Of a stretch of 64,000 bases of DNA, positions 21,077 through 44,532 are shown piece by piece. Made by a program: the position numbers and the translations under genes. Source of the DNA: the human T2T-CHM13v2.0 reference genome, Homo sapiens; NCBI RefSeq assembly GCF_009914755.1, contig NC_060926.1. One strand, given 5' to 3'. Each line of letters begins with the position of its first letter. Positions within the stretch are counted from its first letter, which is position 1. The notes beneath the pieces are model-generated. The model made no database searches. It was not told where the DNA came from and was given only the letters and a program-made list of their open reading frames with translations.

Positions 21077-21912
21077 TCAGAAAGAAAGAAAAGCAAAACA
21101 GTATTTCATTTAATTAAAAATGCCTTGTATTATACCAGTAAGAGTAAAAAAAATTTAATTAAAGTATGATATATGCTCTTTTCATCACTTAGAATTTGAA
21201 TTTTAATCTTATTGAAGAGGCTGTTTTAGTTTTATTTAGATATGGTTATAACAACAATATTAATATCTGTGACCAAATTGGTGCATGCATGGGCAATGAA
21301 AAGCTATGTTGTGACTGCAGCATGGTGGATAGCATTAGTAAGTTAGCATTGGTTGTAAAATGAATCCCAATTTCAAAGATTTTGAAACGTGGGGAAAAAA
21401 TATTTTAGACCCCATGAAATAAGACCTGAAATCTATGAAATACCACAGTAGGTTGGAAATCATCATGAGAAACTGTAACTATTTTTTTTTATAGCTATTA
21501 TATGTATTCTTTGAGACAGGGTCTCACCCTGTTGCCCAGGCTGGAATGCTGTGATGTGGTCACCTCTCACTGCAACATCCACTTCCTGGGGCTGAAGTGA
21601 TCCTTGCAACTCACCCTCCCATGCTCGGCTAATTTTTTTTTTTTTTTTCAAGTAGAGACCAGATCTCTTTATGTTGCCCAGGCTGGTCTTGAACTCCTGG
21701 GCTCAAGTGATTCTGCTTTGTCTGCCCAGAGTGCTGGGATTACAGAAGTGAGCCACAACACCTGGCCTAAAGATAGTATTTTTAAAATTTCTTCTGTTTT
21801 CTTTCTTTTGGGTATACATTTTCTTCTTTTTTTTTAAAAAAAATTTCTGTATAAAGACTGTGACTCCCCATGAAAGTAGTTTGGGTGATAATTTATCGTG
21901 AAACAATATTAG

Positions 21913-22044
<132 letters not shown>

Positions 22045-22155
22045 TAATGTATAATTTGATGTGGGATGTATTGGAAATGTGTGTTCAATGAAACTTTAAT
22101 TTGTAGAAAGAAATAGATCAGTGATTGAAAATGTGGTCCAGGCTTTTTAACATAA

Positions 22156-22431
<276 letters not shown>

Positions 22432-22573
22432 TGATCCACCCGCCTCGGCCTCCCGAAGTGCTGGAGTTACAGGCGTGAGCCAACGCGCCCAGCCGAGCAT
22501 AATGAACTTCTAATTATTCTTCTCTCAGCTTTGATAATTATCACCTCACTATCAGTCTTGATTTATTTATACC

Positions 22574-22775
22574 AAGGGCTAGCAAACTGCAGCTGATGGG
22601 CCAACCCAGCTCACTGCCTATTACTATAAATAAGGTTTTATTGGCACACAGCCATTCCTTTCCTTTAGGTATTGTCTATGGCTTTCATGCTACGGTGACA
22701 GAATTGAATAGTTGATACAGAGACAACACTGCCCTCAAAACCTAACATATTTACTGTCTGGCCCTGAGAAAGCCT
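22574..22775. mobile_element. MER58A (hAT-Charlie)
   Basis: taaataaggttttattggcacacagcca...atatttactgtctggccct. Confidence 0.75.
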
Positions 22776-23676
22776 GCCATCTTCACTTGACATCCCACTT
22801 CACTGTCCCCCAACTTCTTATTATTTTGAAACAAATTATTGACTTATTTTCCATTTATAAATATTTCATATTATACCTCTAAAAGATAAGGATGTCAAAA
22901 TAAAATCACAGAAATACCATTATCACACCTAAAAAATAACTCCAAATTTCTTTTAACATTATCCAAAAAAACTGACCCCCCCAAAATGCAATTTCCAAAT
23001 TTCTAATTTTCTCAAAATTTAATAATTTTTACTATTTTTTAATAATTTGTTTGTATCAGGATCTTAAAAAGATCCGTATGTCTCTTTTAATGTACAGGTT
23101 CATCTGTTTTTCATTTTCTTCCAATTTATTTGTTGATGAAACCAGGTCTTTGTCATGTAATATTTCCTACAGTCTGACTTTTGCTGCATGCATCTTTTGT
23201 GGTATGTTTTAACATGTTCTTCTTTCCTCCCACGTTAAATGATAGTTGGATATAGAGCCTTGATCACATTGAAAGTTGATTTTTATTTTTTAATGATTAG
23301 ACTACTTCCTAGGTGGTTGTGTTTGTGTGTTCATCATTAGTTGTTCCATCTTGTGAGGTTAGCAGCAGTTAACTATGACTGATGCCCAGTGATACTTTAA
23401 TTCTGTCATTCTTTCAGCATTCATCAACTGTAATAGAAACTTTTACTTGTCTTCTGTTTGATGGCGTAGGTTTTAAATATATATTAATAAGTTAAATCTA
23501 CCACTCAAAAAAAGTAGAACAAAACCTACTACATATGAGTGGCTCTACCATACGTTGGTGGATGGAAATAGTAGATATTTGGTAAGCAGGTAAACCTTAT
23601 TTATTTGTAGCCCTGTGACTTGGGGTAAGTTATTTTGCATGTCTGGGTCTTTTTTATCTAATTTGTAATATGAAGC

Positions 23677-24341
<665 letters not shown>

Positions 24342-25508
24342 CTAATATTATTAGCTAATAATAATATCTCATATTTTTGACCATTGAATTATTAAAGGAA
24401 CCTAAACCATAGTAGTAAGTGCTTTAAAAATGTTGGTTTTTATTTATCTGTTTACCTGACTGTCATCACCTCCTTTGCTTAGGTAGAAAGATATATTCAT
24501 AAACACATACATATACATTTTATTCATTCTTTAATTCATTTACTCCTATATGGTCATTGTGTTTGTGGGATTTTTGCCCGCACATAGTTAAAAATGCAGC
24601 CGTTACTGCTTTCAGATGAGTAACAAGGTAGTGTTCCCTGGCTTCTGTGGCTGACAGGATTTGCCTTCTTCCTTTCTAAATGGAGGTTATTACTGTGTCA
24701 GATATAATTAAATAGTGTATTAAAGTTTGTTGCAATAAAATAATTGATGGTTCTAATTGGTACTTTCTACGTGTTTTATCTTTAAAGCTTTTCAGTGTAT
24801 ATATAAAGTATATATCATACAGAATAAATTTGATTGTGGAGCATTTTGTAACATCTTTCAAAATTAATAAGAGTTGGTTTTTATGTTTTGTTTGATGTTA
24901 TGATACAGGACATTAGAAGTATTAATATCAATTAGAGACTCATCTTTGAATGTGACTTTGTACTTTCTTATTTGTGTTAGTAGAGGAGAGAACAAAAAGA
25001 AGATATGTAATGTAATATGAAACTAGGCATTTAAAGATTTAACGTTTTGGATATTTTAAAGTTGGTGTCTGTTTTCACCCTCAAAAATGCTATTACCTAT
25101 TTATGAAATATCTTTAAAAGTGTGGAGTGGTAGATGGGAAAGGTGACATCGGCTGGGCGCGGTGGCTCACACCTGTAATCCCAGCACTTTGGGAGGCCAA
25201 GGTGGGCGGATCACCTGAGGTCAGGAGTTCACGACCAGTCTGGTAACATGGTGAAACCTAATCTCTACTAAAAATACAAAAAATTAGCCAGGCTGGTGGT
25301 ACGCACCTGTAATCCCAGCTACTCAGGAGGCTGAGTCAGGAGGATGGCTTGAACCCAGAAAATGGAGGTTGCATTGAGCCAAGATGGCACCACTGCACTC
25401 CAGACTGGGTGACAGAGAGAGACTCCGTCTCAAAAAAAAAAAAAACGCCGGGCACTGTGGCTCACACCTGTAATCCTAGCACTTTGGGAGACTGAGGCGA
25501 GCAGATCA

Positions 25509-28460
<2,952 letters not shown>

Positions 28461-28511
28461 GGTTGGATGTGAGGAGGTAAAGCAGCAAAGTTACTGCTTT
28501 AATTTAAATCA

Positions 28512-28902
<391 letters not shown>

Positions 28903-30021
28903 TTACTGTTATACTGTATGTGTCTATGACTCCTCCTCCAAGAAAAAAAAAATGAATTGGAGCAGGTTCACAGAAGCAATGTACTGTTACACTGTATGTG
29001 TCTGTTTCTACACATATAAATCTGAATTCTGTGTACACGAAAAGAAATCCTATAGCTTTTTATTCCTAGCTATAAAAACTAAGAATATAATTTCTTTCTT
29101 TTTATTACATAATGAATGGTTCTGTTAACTTTTTGTTAAAATTTCATTGAGGGGAGTATTAATTCACATTTATGTACGGATGTCTACATTTACAAATCAG
29201 TGTATTTTTTGATTTATGCTTTTACTGAGACAAAGGGTTTCTGTCTCAGCATGGTCATTTAAAGAGTTTATCATTGAGAAAAATCAGATGACCAACCTGT
29301 TAGCTCAAAAAAAAAAAAACCTCCAAGGTATATTGTATCAGCCAGTTCTAGGATACAAAAGCCATGCAGTACTTTGTGTTTTGTGCCAAAAAGGGTAGCT
29401 GCTATTTGACCTGTCCCAAAGGCATGTGTGGTTGTACCGTAAACCAAGCATGGTACCTGTTTGTCAAACTTTAGAAATGAAAGTTTAAGAGAGTTAATAT
29501 ATAGGTGCTGCATTTTTTATGTATTCATTGACTTGCTGGTACAGAAGAAAAGAATCAATTATGATTCAGCACAATACTCCACTTGGGGAAGAGAGTGCAG
29601 CAGTAGTTTAGAGTGTCAGGGATCAAACTGCTACCTTCTTGGGCTTCAGTTGCTAGACTTAAGAGACCCAGATCTTGGGAGGGGTTTTTGTTGTTATTTG
29701 ATGTGGGGGTAAGGTTGAAATACTCCCTTTTAATTGATTAATATAAAAAATAGGTAATGTAGACGTATGTCACAAAATTTTAACAAGTTTGAGTGTGAAA
29801 AGCATCCATCCCATTCTATGCCCTGGCTACCCATTTCCCCTCCCTAGAGGCAGCTGTTATTATCAGTTTCTCTGGGTCCTTTTTAGAGGTAATCTTTTTG
29901 TATGCAACTGTGCACATGTATGTTTACACAAATGGTAGGGTATTGTATATATATACAGTTACTGCAGTATGCTTATTTGACTTTGCTTTATTGCTTTTAT
30001 TTTCTGCCTGACATATGTTAA

Positions 30022-30361
<340 letters not shown>

Positions 30362-30600
30362 TGATCTGCCTGCCTCAGCCTCCCAAAGTGCTGGGATTAC
30401 AGACGTGAGCCACTGCGCCTGGCTGTCCTTTCTTTTAATCTTTTCAAATTCTAGCCAGTTCATAGCCCACTTGCTCTGTAAAGCTTTTTCAGTGATCTTT
30501 CTTTTGTACCATGCAGTCTTTTAAAAAATCTACAGTTTTAGTATAAGTTGCTAATTATATTTAATAAATACCTAAATGGTAGAAATTGATTCATTTTTTA

Positions 30601-30771
<171 letters not shown>

Positions 30772-31134
30772 TCAACTACTCAGGAGACTGAGGCAGAAGG
30801 ATAACTTGAGCTCAGGGAGTTGAGGCCACAGTGAGCCATGATGGTGCCACTGTACTTCAGCCTGGGTGACAGAGCAAGACCAAGACCGATAATTATCTCC
30901 ATGGTATTTGTTTTGGACGTATTAGATATTCAGTAAATATTTTCTGGTGATGATAGTGATATCTAACTACCTCAGGTTACCTAACCTGAATAAGGCCTAT
31001 TTTTAACATAGCCATTCACTTGTTAATTTCTGTTATTTTCGTGACTTCATTTTTACTAATTATATTTTAAAAGATAATTTTATATAAATGCAAAAACTTT
31101 TTATCATGTAACAATCTGGTAACACCTTGAGTAA

Positions 31135-31344
<210 letters not shown>

Positions 31345-31959
31345 TAATAAAGCTTGCATGCAAAGTAAGAGTCTTACTTAACCTGATAATGTTGATTTGA
31401 TTTTATAATGGTAGGTTTAATTGTTCATGCTTTCACAGGGCTGTGTTGAAAATATAGTACCTTTATCATCATAGTATATAAACATGCAACAAATCAGGTA
31501 TAGTCATTCTAAACTTGCTTTATTTGCATATTTTGCAACCTCTGGTTTTTCAGATTATAAAATATGAAGGTATACATTCCCGTAAGTGATTAAAATAATC
31601 TTTTTTTCTGTTGTGGCTTTTGTGTTTTTATATGGATAGCTATACTGATTTTTTTCATGAAATAGTGTTTTCTAAGACACATTTTAATTTTTTATGTATC
31701 AATTTTTATTGCATATCAATTTTCATTTATAGTATATGTGAATGTCTTATAGTACTTGATAGAAGAAATTTGAAACTTCACATAGTGAGGAGAAACATTA
31801 CAGTATTATTTGCTATGGATTAACTCTATCCTTCATAAACTTTTGGATATCAACTTCTACAGAAGATTAAATGTCTTTCTGTTTTGTTTTCTTTGGGTAG
31901 GGGACTCTCCATTTCTTAGGTTCTCTGACATCTGAGCTAGCTTTTTGTTTAATTAAAAC

Positions 31960-32730
31960 TTTTTTTTTAGTTGACAGATAATGTACCTGTTCATGGGGTA
32001 CACAGTGATGTTTTGATACATATAGTATATGGTGATTAGATCAAGGTAATTATCATTTCCATCATCCCAAACATTTATCATTCCTTGTGTTGGAAACATT
32101 CAGTATTTTCCTTCTAGCATTTGAAATGATATAATATATTATATTGTTACCTATAATCATCCTGCAGTGATGTAGAACAATGGAGCTTACTCTTTCTATC
32201 TAGCTATACCTTTGTATCCTTTCCCTACCCTTTTCAGCCTCTAGTATCCTCTGTTCTACTTTTTATTTCTATGAGATTAACTTTTTAAAAATAATATTCT
32301 GTGTGTATATATACCACATTTTCTTTATTCATTCGTCTGTTCTTGGACACCTAGGTTGATTCTGTATCTTGGCTGTTGTGAATAGTGCTGCAGTGCTGCA
32401 GTAAACATGGGGTGTAGATGTCTGTTCGATATGATGATTTTCTTTCCTTTGGATAAATTCCCAATAGTGGGATTGGTGGGTCATATGGTAGTTCTGTTTG
32501 TAGTTTTTGAGGAACCTCCATACTCTTCTCCATAGTAGCTGTACTAGTTTAGATTCCCAAAAGTAGCGTATAAGAGTTCACTTTCTACACATCCTCACCA
32601 GCATTTGGTACTTTTTTTGTCTTTTTGATAATAGCCATCCTAACTGGGGTAAGATACCTTGTTGTGGTTTTGATTTGCATTTCCCTCATAATTAATGATG
32701 TTGAGCATTTTTTCATATCTTTGTTTTTGA
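31960..32730 (-). mobile_element. L1MA-type 3' end
   Basis: ORF2 C-terminal peptide remnants (ORF track 32351..32533, 32585..32785) plus L1MA-like 3'UTR. Confidence 0.8.
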
Positions 32731-33111
32731 CGGTCCAGCTAGTTTTATTGGTTACTTTTTTTTTTTTTTTTAGCAATAGTTTCATGTGCAGGGCTCAAAT
32801 TATATTTAATATTACTTTTTTCAAATTATACCAGAACAACCTTAGGTTAGGCTATAAAACAACTGCCTTCTTTTTCTTTTGGCATAATAATTATATATAT
32901 ATTTTTAATTACACTTTACGTTCTAGGGTGCATGTGCACAACATGCAGGTTTGTTACATATGTATACAAGTGCCATGTTGGTGTGCCGCACCCATTAACT
33001 TGTCATTTACATTAGGTATATCTCCTAATGCTACCCCTCCCCTCTCCCCTCACCCCACGACAGGCCCCATTGTGTGATGTTCCCCACCCTGTGTCCAAGT
33101 GTTCTCATTGT

Positions 33112-36926
<3,815 letters not shown>

Positions 36927-36989
36927 TATGATGTTAGCTGGTTATTTTGCTCGTTAGTTGATGCAGTTTCTTCCTAGCCTCGATGGTCT

Positions 36990-38015
36990 TTACAATTTGG
37001 CATGTTTTTGCAGTGGCTTGTACCGGTTGTTCATTTCCATGTTCAGTGCTTCCTTCAGGAGCTCCTGTAAGGCAGGCCTGGTAGTTACAAAATCTGTCAG
37101 CATTTGCTTGTCTTTAAAGGATTTTATTTCTCCTTCACTTATGAAGCTTAGTTTGGCTGGATATGAAACTCTGGGTTGAAAATTCTTTCCTTTAAGAATG
37201 TTGAATATTGGCCCCCACTCTCTTCTGGTTTTTAGAGTTTCTGCCAAGAGATCAGCTGTTAGTCTGATGGGCTTCCCTTTGTGGGTAACCCGACCTTTCT
37301 CTCTGGCTGCCCTTAACATTTTTTCCTACATTTCAACTTTGGTGAATCTGACAATTATGTGTCTTGGAGTTGCTCTTCTTGAGTAGTATCTTTGTGGCAT
37401 TCTCTGTATTTCCTGAATTTGAATGTTGGCCTGCCTTGCTAGGTTGGGGAAGTTCTCCTGGATAATATCCTGCAGAGTGTTTTCCAACTTGGTTCCATTC
37501 TCCCCGTCACTTTCAGGTACACCCGTCAGACATAGATTTGGTCTTTTCACATAGTCCTATATTTCTTGGAGGTTCTGTTCGTTTCCTTTTACTCTTTTTT
37601 CTCTAAACTTCTCTTCTGGCTTCATTTCATTCATTTGATCTTCAATCACTGATACCCTTTCTTCCACTTGATCGAATCGGCTACTGAAGCTCATGCATGC
37701 ATCACGTAGTTTTCGTGCCATGGTTTTCAGCTCCATCAGGCCATTTAAGGTCTTCTCCATGCTGTTTATTCTAGTTAGCCATTTGTCTAATCTTTTTTCA
37801 AGGTTTTTAGCTTCTTTGCAATGGTTTCGAACATCCTCCTTTAGCTCGGAGAACTTTGTTATTACCCATCGTCTGAGGCCTACTTCTGTCAGCTTGTCAA
37901 AGTCTTTCTCTGTCTAGCTTTGTTCCGTTGCTGGTGAGGAGCTGTGTTCCTTTGGAGGAGAAGAGGCGCTCTGAATTTTAGAATTTTCAGCTTTTCTGCT
38001 CTGGTTTCTCCCCAT
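36990..38015 (-). pseudogene. L1 ORF1, disrupted by premature stops
   Basis: ATG at 38015-38013; fragments in ORF track (37557..37760, 37326..37550, 36990..37319). Confidence 0.9.
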
Positions 38016-38597
38016 CTTTGTGGCTTTATCTACCTTTGGTCTTTGATGATGGTGACGTACAGATGGGGTTTTGGTGTGGATGTCCTTTCTGTTTGTTAAT
38101 TTTCCTTCTAATACTCAGGACCCTCAGCTGCAGGTCTGTTGGAGTTTGCTGGAGGTCCACTCCAGACCCTGTTTGCCTGGGTATCACCAGCGGAGGCTGC
38201 AGAACAGCAAATGTTGCAGAACGACAAATGTTGCTGTCTGATCCTTCCTTTGGAACCTTCGTCTGACAGGGGTACCCAGGTATATGAGGCGTCAGTCAGC
38301 CCGTATGGGGAGGTGTCTCCCAGTTAGGCTACTTGGGGATCAGGGACCCACTTGAGGAGGCAGTCTGTCCGTTCGCCGATCTCAAACTCCATGCTGGGAG
38401 AACTACTACTCTCTTTAGAGCTGTCAGACAGGGACCTTTAAGTCTGTAGAAGTTACTGCTGCCTTTTGTTCAGCTATCCCATGTCCCCAGAGGTGGAGTC
38501 TACAGAGGCAGTCAGGCCTCCTTGAGCTGTGGTGGACTCCACCCAGTTCAAGCTTCCTAGCTGCTTTGTTTACCCACTCAAGCCTCAGCAATGGCAG

Positions 38598-38915
38598 ATG
38601 CCCCCGCCTCCAGCCTCTTTGCCGCCTTGCAGTTCGATCTCAGACTGCTGTGCTAGCAGTGAGCGAGGTTCCGTTGGCATGGGACCCTCTGAGCCAGGCA
38701 TGGGATATAATCTCCTGGTGTGCCGTTTGCTAAGACCATTGGAAAAGCCCAGTATTAGGGTGGGAGTCTCCCTATTTTCCAGGTACCATATGTCACGGCT
38801 TCCCTTGGCTAGGAGAGGGAATTCCCCAACCCCTTGCGCTTCCCAGGTGAGGCAATACCCCGCCCTTCAGCTCACACTATGTGGGCTGCACCCACTGTCT
38901 GACAATCCCCAGTGA
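38598..38915 (+). other. L1 ORF0-like open frame (105 aa) in the antisense 5'UTR, same strand as SPAST
   Basis: MPPPPASLPPCSSISDCCASSERGSVGMGPSEPG... aligns by eye with primate L1 ORF0; expression unknown. Confidence 0.75.
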
Positions 38916-39617
38916 GATGAACCCAGTTCCTCAGTTGGAAATGCAGAAATCAGCTGTCTTCTGTGTCGCTCACACTGGGAGCTGCAGACTGGAGCTGTTC
39001 CTATTTGGCCATCTTGGAACCCTGCCTTCTTCATTCATATGTAATACAAAACTTCTAAGGTTTTAGTGGAGAAGAGATAGAGTAAAAGGATTTCTATAGA
39101 CAGAAGAAACAGTTGGTCATCAACTCTTTCCCTTGTGGCTTCACATCTCCCCTAAGGACTTCTTATGTTGGTTTGGTCTTACAGTATAGTCAGTGGCAGT
39201 TTCCCTCTTCCCATTCCTTCCTCTGTCTGATTTAAAATGCTGTTTCAAGTATCGATATAAGTATTTTGCCTGTTTCTTTTAGCGTGGCTGTGAAGGGCTG
39301 ACATTTTCAGAAGGCACTTACTGAAAAAAAAAAAACAAAGAAATGTAAGAGTCCATCACATATAAATAGTTAAGTTTCTAAAATATGTATTTGAGATCCC
39401 AGTAATTCTACTAGGATAAATAGCAAAAATTCTCCAGCCCTGAAGAGTTGGTCTGTCTTTCCTTTCCTTGTTATCTTGATTCTCTTTTATTTCATTTCAC
39501 ATGCTAGACCCCATCATGTTTTCCTGCTGCATTCCCCACTCCACCCTCCAAAGCAATGTTCTCTTCCTGCAACCTGTTTGAAAAAATTGAACTTTGTCTT
39601 ATTTCATATCCCTAGTA

Positions 39618-40174
39618 CAAGTTGAATATCCCTAATATGAAATCTGAAATCCAAAATGCTCTAAAATTCGACTCTTTTTTTTTTGAGATGAAGTCTTCCT
39701 CTGTCACTCAGGCTGGAGTGCGGTGGCGCAATCTTGGCTCACTGCAACCTCCGCAGCCTCCCCTAACCCCATCCCTGTGGGTTCAAGCGATTCTCCCACT
39801 TCATCCTCCCAAGTAGCTGGGACTACAGGCACCTGCCACCACACCCAACTAATTTTTTGTATTTTTAGTAGAGATGAGGTTTCACCATGTTGGTCAAGCT
39901 AGTCTGAAACTCCTGACCTTAAGTGATCCACCTGCCCTGGCCTCCCAAAGTGTTGGGATTACAGTCATGAGCCACTGTGCCTAGCCAAATATCCAAAACT
40001 TCTTGAGCGCTGACATGATGCTCAAAGGAAATACTGGAGTATTTTGCATTTTGGATTTTTGGGTTAAGGATGCTGAACCAGTAAGTATAATGTAAACATT
40101 GCAAAATGCAAAAAAATGTAAAAACCCTAAGCAGTTCTGGTCCCAAGCATTTCGCATAAGGGATACTCAACCCA
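39618..40174. mobile_element. Tigger4a/MER46 (TcMar) split by an AluS
   Basis: TIRs caagttgaatatccct / agggatactcaaccca with TA on both sides. Confidence 0.8.
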
Positions 40175-40419
40175 TAATCTTTTCTTTTCTGTTTTCTGGT
40201 TGGAAGGGCATATTGGCTTTATAGCTAATTTACACAGCATTGATGTTTAATACACAGTGAGTCCAAGTAGATCACTCAGACCTATTAGTAGTTTATTAGT
40301 GTCACTCACTTCTGGAACATTCTGTGATGTTTTACTTGGATGAGTTCTTTCACCTCTCTTGGGAAATAGTCATACCAAAGTCTGCTTATTACTACAATGT
40401 GTTATCTATTATACATTGT

Positions 40420-41550
<1,131 letters not shown>

Positions 41551-41559
41551 TTTATTTAG

Positions 41560-41845
<286 letters not shown>

Positions 41846-42189
41846 TAATTTTTAAATACTGTAAGGCTTATAAAGAAAAGAATATTCCCCTTCTGTTTCT
41901 TTCCTCTCACGTAGCAACCTTCACCCCTAGTTTGGTTTCATATACAGTGTTTTAACTCTTTTTGCTATTTTTTTCTCTTACTTTCTACTATATTTCCAAA
42001 TACAATGCTTCTATAATGATTCCTTTTTTTTTTCTATCAGTTTTTGATAATCATTGACTCCTTATGGTCAAAGAAGACTTAATTCCCTTCTGTCACTCTT
42101 CATATATTAATATAACTAATATATATATTGTTTAGTTTTGATATAACTAAAAATAACTATATGTATATATAACTATATATGTATAAGCT

Positions 42190-42420
42190 ATCTGTATATA
42201 GTTATATATGTATATGCACATACATATATAGTTACATATGTATACACACATACATATATAGTTACATATGTATATGCATATACATATATAGTTACATATC
42301 TATATGCATATACATATATAGTTACATATGTATATGCATACACATATATAGTTACATATGTATATGCATATACATATATAGTTACATATGTATATGTATA
42401 TGTATATACATATATAGTTA
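42190..42420. repeat. 30-bp AT-rich minisatellite (tacatatatagttacatatgtatatgcata), ~6-7 copies
   Basis: 30-nt periodicity visible at 42221-42400. Confidence 0.9.
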
Positions 42421-42478
42421 TATATGTATTAGTTATATCAAAATAACTATGTATATATAGCTGTATATGTATATATAA

Positions 42479-42832
<354 letters not shown>

Positions 42833-43224
42833 TGAGCCACCGCGCCTGGTCCCTATACATATATAGTTATATATACCTATAGTTATTTTTAGTTATATCA
42901 AAATAACTATATGTATATGTAACTATATATATAGTATATATAGTATATATATACTATATAGTGTGTATATATAGTATATATATAGTGTATATATCGTATA
43001 TACACTATATACTATATAGTGTATATATAGTATATGTAGTATATATAGTATATATAGTATAGTATATATAGTATATATAGTGTATATATACTGTATATAT
43101 AGTGTACATAGTATACTATATAGTATACATATAGTACACTATATAGTATATATAGTATAGTATATATAGTATACATAGTATACTATATATAGTATAGTAT
43201 ACATAGTATACTATATAGTATATA

Positions 43225-43975
43225 GAGTATATATACAGTATACTATATAGTGTGTATAGAGTATATATACAGTATACTATATAGTGTGTATAGAGTATAT
43301 ATACAGTATACTATATAGTGTGTATAGAGTATATATACAGTATACTATATAGTGTGTATAGAGTATATATACAGTATACTATATCGTGTGTATAGAGTAT
43401 ATATACAGTATACTATATCGTGTGTATAGAGTATATATACAGTATACTATATAGTGTGTATAGAGTATATATACAGTATACTATATAGTGTGTATAGAGT
43501 ATATATACAGTATACTATATAGTGTGTATAGAGTATATATACAGTATACTATATAGTGTGTATAGAGTATATATACAGTATACTATATAGTGTGTATAGA
43601 GTATATATACAGTATACTATATAGTGTGTATAGAGTATATATACAGTATACTATATAGTGTGTATAGAGTATATATACAGTATACTATATAGTGTGTATA
43701 GAGTATATATACAGTATACTATATAGTGTGTATAGAGTATATATACAGTATACTATATAGTGTGTATAGAGTATATATACAGTATACTATATAGTGTGTA
43801 TAGCGTATATATACAGTATACTATATAGTGTGTATAGCGTATATATACAGTATACTGTATAGTGTGTATAGAGTATATATAGTATACTGTATAGCGTATA
43901 GAGTATATATATAGTATACTGTATAGTGTATAGAGTATATATATAGTATACTGTATAGTATATAGAGTATATATA
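43225..43975. repeat. 34-bp AT-rich VNTR (gagtatatatacagtatactatatagtgtgtata), ~19 near-identical copies plus degenerate ends
   Basis: gagtat recurs at 43225, 43259, 43293 and onward. Confidence 0.95.
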
Positions 43976-44477
43976 GTTACATATACATATAGTTATTTTT
44001 AGTAATATCAAAAAACCATAGCTAAGATTTTTATGATTTAGCAAAATATTGTTTACCCCAAAGCCACGTATTATATATTAATGATATTTTTTCCTTTTTG
44101 AGTTTTTCTTCCCCACAGGTTTTCTGATCTTTTTTTTTGTTCTCTAACTTTATATTATAGGTATATACTCTTTTCTCTGTTTAATTTGCTTTTTAACTAG
44201 AAGACCTCCTTTAGTAGTTCTTTTAGTGAATATCTGTGGTTAAACTCTTAGTCTTTCCAGTGTCTGAAATACCCTCATTTTAATGTGACAGGTCACTTTT
44301 CTCACCTCAACATTTTGGACATACCTCATTTCCAACAAACATTTGTTACTTCTGATAGAGAGTCTGCTGTCATTCTCATACTTGTTCCTTGTGGAAATGT
44401 CTATATATAAAGTCTCAGAACTATATATTTTTAATATATATACATATATTTATTTATTTAAAAATGTATAATTAAGT

Positions 44478-44531
<54 letters not shown>
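44478..44531 (+). repeat. (TAG)18 perfect microsatellite at an Alu tail
   Basis: Counted directly. Confidence 0.95.

Positions 44532-44532
<1 letters not shown>

Noticed and set aside
38591-38846. Canonical ORF0 ATG spliced via the 38846 donor in phase with exon 5
   Set aside because: The phase fits, but that frame hits TAG after 21 codons
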